From Patescibacteria group bacterium (lineage in GTDB: Bacteria; Patescibacteriota; Microgenomatia; UBA1400; Chisholmbacteraceae), in contig JADFLW010000008.1 of assembly GCA_022564195.1 (NCBI GenBank), positions 1-54,690 of the forward strand: a stretch of 54,690 nucleotides of DNA, written 5' to 3'. Positions 19,309 to 26,918 of the stretch are shown here, piece by piece (positions within the stretch are counted from its first letter, which is position 1; each line of letters opens with the position of its first letter). The position numbers were made by a program, and so were the translations under genes. The notes under the pieces were generated by a model. It worked only from the letters and a program-made list of their open reading frames with translations, did not search any database and had not been told where the DNA came from.

Positions 19309-20556
19309 TCATTTCGCTATGCACTTTGTATAAAAAGCATGCACCTGTCTTGAAATCTTTTTTATTCCATGATGCTTTCTTACTGTTTTGCATGCTGCAA
19401 CTCCGAGTTTATTCCTGTAGTTTGGGTGTTTTATTAATAGTTCAGCTTTCTTGATGATTGCTTCAACATTTGGTTCGATAAGCAGACCGTTCTTCCCATC
19501 CCTAATAAACTCTCCTGCCCCACCTCTGTTGCTGGCAATGACGGCTTTTCCGCACGCCGAAGCTTCTAGAAGGGTCATGCTAAAGGGCTCGAAATGGGAA
19601 GGGAAGACACAAAAAGAAGCCTGTTGATAAAAACGCAATAATTGAGAGTGTGGCTTATGTTTGATCAGTTGTATTCTTCTTTTTGTCTGGATTGGGATTT
19701 CTAGGCTGCTTACGTATTTGCGGAAACTTACCATTTGCCTGTTCATTGGGAACGTCTCCGTATCTCTGCCTACGAACAACAGTTGAATATCTTTATATTC
19801 TTCCGCTAGTTTTATAAATGCTAGTAATAATAGATCCACGCCTTTCTTTTTCTCAAATCGTCCGACGTATAATATCCTCCTGCTTTGTTCAATCTTTTCT
19901 TGTGGGAAAAAAGCCGTTTTGTCAACAGAATTATAAATCACTTTAGGTAGATCCTTTGTGTTTAACCAGTTTTTTGCTAACGTTCCAAGGCTTTTGCTCA
20001 CAACGAAATAGCCGCTACTTCGCTTCACATAGAACTTTTCTAATAAATCGATTAATGCTCCTTCTATTGTTTTTTCTGCTCTGCCCAACTTCACCACTAT
20101 CAATGATCTCCAGCCATGAAGTTGGACCATAACAGGGACTTTCGTGAGCATTAAAATGAATAGACCTCCTAAATGAAAATCAGGTGTATGGACCACTGTT
20201 ATTCTCTCTTGCTTATGAATCTCCTTAAACTGCAAATATGCTGCGACGTTCCACTCGATAATGTTCCAAAAAATCGGAAAAGTTAGTCGTGCGATTCTTC
20301 TCATAACACCAAGGGGGAATCTAAAATAGAAGAAGTTCAATAGTTTATTGTTAAAATTGATGTTCGTCCTGTATACCCTGATTTTCTGATTTTTGTGATA
20401 GTTGTACTGGTATCTATTGTCTCCAATCGCTTTGGTGATGACAGAAACCTTGTGTCCACTTTTTTCTAACCCCTTTGCTAGATTCACTGAAACTGATGCA
20501 ATCCCACCATTATCAGTGAGCGGAGGAAATTCTTCAGAGACAATACATATATTCAT
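19309..20556 (-). CDS. GT4 (GT-B fold) glycosyltransferase
   Basis: GGIASVSVNLAKGL N-terminus and FEPFSMTLLEASACGKAVIAS...NGLL C-terminal signature. Confidence 0.85.
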   Translation of the reverse strand: MNICIVSEEFPPLTDNGGIASVSVNLAKGLEKSGHKVSVITKAIGDNRYQYNYHKNQKIRVYRTNINFNNKLLNFFYFRFPLGVMRRIARLTFPIFWNIIEWNVAAYLQFKEIHKQERITVVHTPDFHLGGLFILMLTKVPVMVQLHGWRSLIVVKLGRAEKTIEGALIDLLEKFYVKRSSGYFVVSKSLGTLAKNWLNTKDLPKVIYNSVDKTAFFPQEKIEQSRRILYVGRFEKKKGVDLLLLAFIKLAEEYKDIQLLFVGRDTETFPMNRQMVSFRKYVSSLEIPIQTKRRIQLIKHKPHSQLLRFYQQASFCVFPSHFEPFSMTLLEASACGKAVIASNRGGAGEFIRDGKNGLLIEPNVEAIIKKAELLIKHPNYRNKLGVAACKTVRKHHGIKKISRQVHAFYTKCIAK

Positions 20557-20573
20557 GTCTCCACTACGGTTTT

Positions 20574-21737
20574 CTACAGACCGTAGTTCCTCCTTAAAAT
20601 ATCTACTATGTTATTGGTGACGGCCATTTTCCCTTCGTTGTTTATATGGCAGTTATCGAAAAATATAGTTTCTTTGTGTTCCCTGAAAATGTCGCTTACG
20701 TCATAGAAGTTCTTGATGTTGCTTTCATGTAGACGCTCTGTCGTTTCCTGATACAGCTTTGTATAATTTTTAAAGTTTGAACCTGCTACTCCCAATTCTT
20801 CTTCAGTTTTCATCTCTTTATTCAATAATTGTGGTTGCCAAATCAGAAGATACTTGAATCCATATGCTCTGCTTAACGCATTGATCATGGCTGCGTTTCT
20901 TAGATAATTTCTTGCTATATTGTTGGCTAGTCTATCTATGTCTTCTTCTTTGAATCTGTACTTTTCTTCCTTCTCAAGTGTTCCGGTTAGTTTCCGGTAT
21001 ATCATTCTTGGGTAATGATAGATCTTTATATATTTTGAAATGTCCGGCCATGCATTAACCCAGAGAAGCGGATTCAGGAGACTGTTGCCGTATGTTCGGG
21101 GGTGGCTCAGATCCCAAATGTTTTGCAGTTTGTCTTTTATGAGGAATTCGTTATAGACGATGCTTGGATTTTCCTGTTTTGTCGAAACATATAAATCATT
21201 GCAGCCATCGTAGAAAACGACATAATCAGGAATCTTTCCGTCTTTTAGTAAAAGTAAGAGGTTTATGACTTCTTGATTGCTGTAGTACCCGGGTTGTCCA
21301 AAATTGGTAATGTGATACCTGGGAACATTTACGTTTAGCTCCTGAGCGATTAATGACGGAATTGTTTCGTTGTCAGCAGCGACGTGTCCCCATATTGTCG
21401 AACCCCCAAAGACAAATATTTTTTTTGTTTGAGCAGTTTCGTTCTGTGGATTGCCAGTTGTCCTTCTAATACCATCTTCTCCAACATGAACACTTGGTGA
21501 ATCCACTGGGCCTGTGGTCCAACCCAAAAATGGGTGATAGATTGCCTCAAATCCGTCACTATTTACTTTCGTAAACCATTCGTACCTCTCATCTGTTTCC
21601 CACCACTGCTCCGTTTCTTCGGTCCTTTCTTTGTAATAAAAATACATATAGCGAGTGAAGCTAATGAATTGGAAAAAAAATTCAATAATGAGCAACGCGC
21701 CTGCTAGTTTATAAATTTTTCTCATCTCGTTTGACAC
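20574..21737 (-). CDS. membrane-anchored SGNH/GDSL-type hydrolase or acyl-modifying enzyme
   Basis: N-terminal TM helix. IFVFGGSTIWG (block I-like), DGCNDL (block III) and DNCHIN (block V DxxH). Confidence 0.55.
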   Translation of the reverse strand: MSNEMRKIYKLAGALLIIEFFFQFISFTRYMYFYYKERTEETEQWWETDERYEWFTKVNSDGFEAIYHPFLGWTTGPVDSPSVHVGEDGIRRTTGNPQNETAQTKKIFVFGGSTIWGHVAADNETIPSLIAQELNVNVPRYHITNFGQPGYYSNQEVINLLLLLKDGKIPDYVVFYDGCNDLYVSTKQENPSIVYNEFLIKDKLQNIWDLSHPRTYGNSLLNPLLWVNAWPDISKYIKIYHYPRMIYRKLTGTLEKEEKYRFKEEDIDRLANNIARNYLRNAAMINALSRAYGFKYLLIWQPQLLNKEMKTEEELGVAGSNFKNYTKLYQETTERLHESNIKNFYDVSDIFREHKETIFFDNCHINNEGKMAVTNNIVDILRRNYGL

Positions 21738-21830
21738 TACATAATAGCTTTCGTGTGCATTATTGTAACAAAGCTAGCGACTTCTTTTCTAACATATTGG
21801 CACGTTTCACTTTCTGGTTTCTCTCTTCTC

Positions 21831-21859
21831 TTGACAATACGTTTTAACATCGATAAAGT
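21831..21859 (+). promoter_or_regulatory. candidate sigma70-type promoter (TTGACA-17 nt-TAAAGT) for the 21870 gene
   Basis: TTGACA at 21831..21836 and TAAAGT at 21854..21859, 10 nt before the ATG. Confidence 0.45.
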
Positions 21860-21869
21860 TGTTTAAGAG

Positions 21870-22499
21870 ATGAGTGAGTTTTCTGGAGAAAAGCCAATTA
21901 AAGAAAGTTCTCAGTTGCCAATAGCACAGCCTACTCTAGGTCAAAGTTCTACTATGTCTGATGTTCCTGAGCAGAATTCGAGACGACTTTCGAAAGTGGT
22001 TGTTTTAATCGTACTCCTCATTATGGTCACTGTGGGAGGAGTTCTTGGTTATTATTCACTCAAGCAGCCAAAGACGCCGGCTTCTGTCTCAGCGCCTTCA
22101 CCATCACCCACCTCTGTTCAGCCCACTCAAGCGCCGGTGGCCCATTATATTGGGACACAGACGATAACTCTACGTGATGTAACTGGTGGCAATTCTTCAG
22201 GTACTATTACTCGAACGTACACGGAAACGCTTGTTACCCGTATTGTTGAAGCAAATCTTCCCGATCCTCCTGAAAATGGTTTCTATCAACTTTGGATGAT
22301 AAAGGATCAGCGAGTTCTCGGAATATTAACATTAACCAAACAGACCGATGGCAAATTTACCCTGTCCCATAACCGTGATCTTCATCCATCTGCTTCTTTT
22401 ACCTTTGACGACTTACGCAATACCGTTGTTGTGTCGCTTGAGACAGTAGATGATGATGTGATGGAGACCAAGGTTCTTGAGGGCGCGTTTACTCAGTAA
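21870..22499 (+). CDS. single-pass membrane protein with an RskA-like (anti-sigma-K C-terminal type) extracytoplasmic domain
   Basis: Central TM helix (VVVLIVLLIMVTVGGVLGYY), a Pro/Ser linker, then FYQLWMI...VVVSLETVDDD, as in the RskA C-terminal domain. Confidence 0.45.
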   Translation: MSEFSGEKPIKESSQLPIAQPTLGQSSTMSDVPEQNSRRLSKVVVLIVLLIMVTVGGVLGYYSLKQPKTPASVSAPSPSPTSVQPTQAPVAHYIGTQTITLRDVTGGNSSGTITRTYTETLVTRIVEANLPDPPENGFYQLWMIKDQRVLGILTLTKQTDGKFTLSHNRDLHPSASFTFDDLRNTVVVSLETVDDDVMETKVLEGAFTQ

Positions 22500-22584
22500 T
22501 TTGTTCTCCTTTTATTCTTTCCTTTTTTGCTTTTCTTCATAGAGTTCCTATCAGGTTTGTAATTCTTGACTGGGTGGTTTTCTT

Positions 22585-23322
22585 TTGCTGAGCCTTTTGC
22601 TAGAATTCCTCGTTATGCGATTGGTTCAGGGACATCTTGCTTCTTTGTTTATCCTCTTATCTCTTCCTGTCATTTTTCTTCTTTCTACCAGCGCTGTTGC
22701 CGATGATTCGAGTGTTGTTTCATCTTCTGTATTGATTTTCCCCTCACAGAAGATTGCAACAGAGTCGCGGTTTCGTGAAGTTGTTGAGGTTCACAGCGCA
22801 TCTATTGCTTATGATATTCGCTATATTGATGATCCAGAGCAAGAAATTGGCGTTGAGACAGTCGTTGATGAAGGGAAAGAAGGAGAAAATGAGGTTACCA
22901 TCACCATTGTTTATTACGACGATGTTGAATATTCCCGTACCAGTCAAGAGCAGGTTACTCTTGCACCGATTGATCAAGTCATTTCTCTAGGAACGAGGAT
23001 TGTTCATCGAACGATAGAGACTGAACATGGAACTCTTAGGTACTGGAAAAAACTATCAGATGTTTGGGCAACGAGTTATGATTCAACATGTGCCGGTTGC
23101 AGTGATACGACAGCGACCGGGATGAAACAGGGGTATGGGGTGGTTGCCGTTGACCCTTCGGTTATTCCCTTACACACAAATCTTTATATTCCCGGATATG
23201 GAATAGCCACCGCTGGCGATGTGGGTGGTTCAATCAAGGGAAAACGCATAGACCTGGGCTTTGATTCGCTCAATGGCCAGTGGAAGGCGCATTACGTGGA
23301 TGTCTATCTTCTTGTGGATTGA
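22585..23322 (+). CDS. secreted G5-domain + 3D-domain cell-wall protein (YabE/RpfB-like)
   Basis: Signal/TM segment, G5 domain (DIRYIDDPEQEIGVETVVDEGKEGENEV...) and 3D domain (TATGMKQGYGVVAVDPSVIPL...IDLGFDS). The track start is TTG; the ATG at 22615 is an alternative. Confidence 0.75.
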   Translation: MLSLLLEFLVMRLVQGHLASLFILLSLPVIFLLSTSAVADDSSVVSSSVLIFPSQKIATESRFREVVEVHSASIAYDIRYIDDPEQEIGVETVVDEGKEGENEVTITIVYYDDVEYSRTSQEQVTLAPIDQVISLGTRIVHRTIETEHGTLRYWKKLSDVWATSYDSTCAGCSDTTATGMKQGYGVVAVDPSVIPLHTNLYIPGYGIATAGDVGGSIKGKRIDLGFDSLNGQWKAHYVDVYLLVD

Positions 23323-23385
23323 AGCTTCTCAACGTAGGCTTTTTTTCGGACGCGGATTCTTTAATGAGTATAATGGTCTTACCCT

Positions 23386-24402
23386 ATGATCACTCGTGAT
23401 GTCCGGCTCGATGAAAAGGAAGCGTATAATGCTCTGGTTCACCACCCTGTACAGAGCTGGGAGTGGGGAGATTTTAAGAGAAAGACTGGGGTTGAGTTCG
23501 TCCGCATCGGTGTCTTTGACGGTAAACGGATGAAAGCGGCTTTCCAGCTTACTTTTCACCCTGTTCCGAAAACCTCTTATAGCATCGGTTACTTCCCAAA
23601 AGGACCCTTTCCTAACAGCGATATGCTTAAGGCGCTTGGTAGAGTTGGTCTTGAGAACCGAGCTATTTTCATCAAGCTTGAGCCGAATGTTACAACGCAA
23701 GAAGGCGAGCGTGCAATTTCCTCGCTCAAAAAAAAATTTGATTTGCGTCCAGGAAGAACGGTGTTCACACCCTATACCTTTGTCATCGACCTTGCGCAGA
23801 CCGAGGAGGAGCTTTTGGTGAAGATGAAGCCAAAGACGCGCTACAACGTTCGTTTAGCAGAGCGGCGCGGGGTTGTCGTTTCTGAAAATAACAGTGATGC
23901 TGCTTTTGAAATGTATTTGCGATTGACGTTTGAGACGGCAAAGCGACAAGGCTTCTACGCGCATGACGAAGACTATCATCGAAAGCTCTGGGGGATGCTG
24001 CAGCCGGCTGGTATTGCTCATCTTCTGACCGCCACTTGGCGTGATCAGATTCTTGTTTCATGGATCGTTTTTGTTTTTCAAGATGTGCTTTATTATCCGT
24101 ATGGTGCTTCTTCTAACGAGCATCGGAATCTCATGGCCAGCAATCTCATGATGTGGGAAGCGATGCGGTTTGGCAAGCGCATGGGTTGTCACATTTTTGA
24201 TCTCTGGGGTTCTTTGGGTCCCGATCCTGATCCGAAGGATCCTTGGTACGGATTTCACCGCTTTAAGGAAGGGTATGGAGGGGAGTTGGTGGAATTTGTC
24301 GGAACCTACGATTTGGTCGTTTACCCACAGTTGTATTCTCTGATTCGTCTTGCTGACGTTCTTCGTTGGAAATGGTTGAGATTTGTTGCACAATTTCGAT
24401 GA
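23386..24402 (+). CDS. FemAB-family peptidoglycan interpeptide-bridge aminoacyltransferase
   Basis: HHPVQSWEWGDFK...KPKTRYNVRLAERRGV...YYPYGASS...FDLWG pattern of FemX/FemAB (GNAT-pair) proteins. Confidence 0.75.
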   Translation: MITRDVRLDEKEAYNALVHHPVQSWEWGDFKRKTGVEFVRIGVFDGKRMKAAFQLTFHPVPKTSYSIGYFPKGPFPNSDMLKALGRVGLENRAIFIKLEPNVTTQEGERAISSLKKKFDLRPGRTVFTPYTFVIDLAQTEEELLVKMKPKTRYNVRLAERRGVVVSENNSDAAFEMYLRLTFETAKRQGFYAHDEDYHRKLWGMLQPAGIAHLLTATWRDQILVSWIVFVFQDVLYYPYGASSNEHRNLMASNLMMWEAMRFGKRMGCHIFDLWGSLGPDPDPKDPWYGFHRFKEGYGGELVEFVGTYDLVVYPQLYSLIRLADVLRWKWLRFVAQFR

Positions 24403-25319
24403 GAGACCTCCGGCAATCTTCTCACTACGCGCGCTTCATGTCCCAGAAAGGCTGGGCTGCTCTCAAGATCCCTCCAGCCTCAGAGCATGCTAGTGCGGTT
24501 GGCTTTTCCCCGATTGTTGCATATATCAAACAATTGCCTTTGTTTCCATTTTCAGTTATGAAGGTTCAGCGCTTCGAGTTGCTGCCCAACTTTGATGCGG
24601 TTGAGCGCATTGCTCTAGAGCATCGGGTTTTTTCTATCACTCTTGAGCCAGGTGTAGTAAAGCGGATGACGAGCTCTCAACTTGATATGCTGATGAGACA
24701 ACACGGATATCGTGGGAGTCGGTCGCCGCTGCTGCCGACAAAAACGCTTCATGTTGATTTGACGGGCAGCCAAAAAGATCTCTTGCAAGGTATGAAGAAG
24801 GATGCACGAACAAGTATCCGCAAGGCTCAACATGTGAGCCATAGACAAATTCTCGGCCGAGATGATGCTGCTCTCCTTGAACGCTTTCATGAATTTTGGC
24901 GCAAGCATGGCAAGGGGTATGTTCCTTCGCTTTCCGAATTTTCTTTGCTTGTGCGTACTTTTGACAAAGATGCCTTTGTTGTCTTGATTTCTTCTAAAGA
25001 CGCGCAATTGTTGGCAGGAGCAACTATACTTATCAGTGACGGTTGTGCATATTACTATTACGCAGTGACCTCGCAGACCGGAAGGAGACTTTATGCTGGG
25101 TACTTGGCTGTTTGGGAAGCGATGTTGGAGGCGAAGCGACGTTCATGTAGGATTTTTGATTTTGAAGGCATCTATGACGATCGCTTTAAACAATTAAAGC
25201 GGTGGCGGGGGTTTTCTGCTTTTAAGCAGAAGTTCGGGGGAGAGGAGGTTTGTTATCCTGGACCGTTTAGTCGTTCCTTCTTTCCTTTCAAAATACAATC
25301 CCTTTTTCACTCCCGCTAA
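24399..25319 (+). CDS. FemAB-family peptidoglycan bridge aminoacyltransferase (second, divergent copy)
   Basis: I take the start MRDLRQSSHYARFMSQKGW at 24399 (ATGA overlap with the upstream femAB). KKDARTSIRKA...AYYYYAVTS...FDFEG pattern. Confidence 0.7.
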   Translation: MRDLRQSSHYARFMSQKGWAALKIPPASEHASAVGFSPIVAYIKQLPLFPFSVMKVQRFELLPNFDAVERIALEHRVFSITLEPGVVKRMTSSQLDMLMRQHGYRGSRSPLLPTKTLHVDLTGSQKDLLQGMKKDARTSIRKAQHVSHRQILGRDDAALLERFHEFWRKHGKGYVPSLSEFSLLVRTFDKDAFVVLISSKDAQLLAGATILISDGCAYYYYAVTSQTGRRLYAGYLAVWEAMLEAKRRSCRIFDFEGIYDDRFKQLKRWRGFSAFKQKFGGEEVCYPGPFSRSFFPFKIQSLFHSR

Positions 25320-25338
25320 ACTTCGAGTTTTTCAGTTT

Positions 25339-26871
25339 TCATTGGGACGCGTCTCTTATCATTTTGGCTACGAGGTATTCGATTGGTGCATAGTCATCAG
25401 TCAGCAACTTGTAGTTGGTCGTATCAAACTGTGAAAGATCTATTCGGTTATTGGCTACGCTTCTTATTTCTTTTGATTCAGCGTTGGCGATTCTGGGGTC
25501 TTGGTCATCAAATTTCCAAGACGCATCATTTATCCCCCAAAACATAATGTTTTGGATGCTGGGTAAGTCGGATGGCCGCAATGCGATGAACTCACTTTGC
25601 GGAAAAACTTCTCGAAATGTTTTGATAGCCGAGAGTCCAAGTGAGGGGGTGCTGTTGTCGATGTTGGCTGCAACGTTCATAATTACTGTTCCTTTGTCAG
25701 TCAAATGGTTTTTCACGAGCTGGAAAAATTCTTGTGTCATGAGATGCGATGGGATGCCGATGTCCATGCTGAAGACGTCGATGAAGATCATATCATAGCG
25801 CTTTTGGCTTTTTTTTAGGTAGGTTCTTGCATCCGCTATAATCAGCGTTTGTCGAGGATCATCTCGTAAACCGAAAAACTTCCTTGCAATCTCGGGAAGT
25901 TTTGGGTCGATCTCGACGACTTCCACTTCTATTGCGTCTTTTCTCTCTGAGAGAAGTTTTTTGGGCGTTGTGTAGGCGCCGCCGCCAAGATACAAGAAGC
26001 GCTTGGCGTTTTTGTTTACAAGCTCGTACAACTTGTAATAGCGGGTATAGGGAAATGGAAGTTCGTCGGATTGAAGATACGAAGCTCCTGAGTAGGACTT
26101 GTCCAGCATCAGTACCAAGCCCTCTCCCTCCGCAAATTCCTGTTTGACCACGCGAATGTGCTGGTACATTGAATCTTCCTCATGGATAACTTCATTTCTG
26201 GTGGGCGGCTGGAGTTTCAGGGCTAGAACTTGGAGAGCAATTGTTGCAATAAAGAGCGTCAGCCAATTTTTTGCTTTCATTTTCTTACGGACTCCGAACA
26301 ATCCAAGAACAATAAGCACGAGACTGGTTCCGAGGATTATTCGTGAAATCGGAAAGCGTGGAATCAACACAAACCCTGCCAGTAAACTGCCCGCAATGCT
26401 TCCCACTGTTGAGAAGAAAAAGACTTTTCCAGCGACCTCTCCGACTTCTTTCAGTTTGCTTGTTGAGAGCCTGATGGCGATCGGTGATACCATGCCAAGA
26501 AAAATGGTTGGTATGAAAAACAAGATGAGACTCGTAACCAGAGGGCCTGAGATTAAATCAAGTTGTGCGCTCCAAGTTGGGAGCACTCGTGTGTTCAGGA
26601 TATGGATAAAGAGGGTTGTGACTCCGGCTATTGATATTGCGGTATACAGTGTTACCGGTTCCGGATAGCGATCTGCAAGTTTGCCGCCCAACCAGTAGCC
26701 AAGGCTCAAGGCTGCAAGGATAACCGCTAATATGCTTGAGACAGTGAATAACGTCATGCCGAAGTGAGGGGAGAGGAGCCTGGTGGCTGTGACTTCTATC
26801 ACCAGCACTGCGGCACCGGTGATGAATACCGTGAGATAGAGAACGTAGGGAGTGGCTGTGTGTTTCTTCAC
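25339..26871 (-). CDS. membrane-domain/spermidine-synthase-like fusion protein
   Basis: About 200 aa of TM helices, followed by LYLGGGAYTTP...VEVVEIDPKL...IIADARTYL...YDMIFIDVF aminopropyltransferase-fold motifs. Confidence 0.75.
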   Translation of the reverse strand: MKKHTATPYVLYLTVFITGAAVLVIEVTATRLLSPHFGMTLFTVSSILAVILAALSLGYWLGGKLADRYPEPVTLYTAISIAGVTTLFIHILNTRVLPTWSAQLDLISGPLVTSLILFFIPTIFLGMVSPIAIRLSTSKLKEVGEVAGKVFFFSTVGSIAGSLLAGFVLIPRFPISRIILGTSLVLIVLGLFGVRKKMKAKNWLTLFIATIALQVLALKLQPPTRNEVIHEEDSMYQHIRVVKQEFAEGEGLVLMLDKSYSGASYLQSDELPFPYTRYYKLYELVNKNAKRFLYLGGGAYTTPKKLLSERKDAIEVEVVEIDPKLPEIARKFFGLRDDPRQTLIIADARTYLKKSQKRYDMIFIDVFSMDIGIPSHLMTQEFFQLVKNHLTDKGTVIMNVAANIDNSTPSLGLSAIKTFREVFPQSEFIALRPSDLPSIQNIMFWGINDASWKFDDQDPRIANAESKEIRSVANNRIDLSQFDTTNYKLLTDDYAPIEYLVAKMIRDASQ

Positions 26872-26918
26872 TTCACTATTTGGATCCTAATGGGTAATTG
26901 GCGGGTCTCAAAAAGCGG

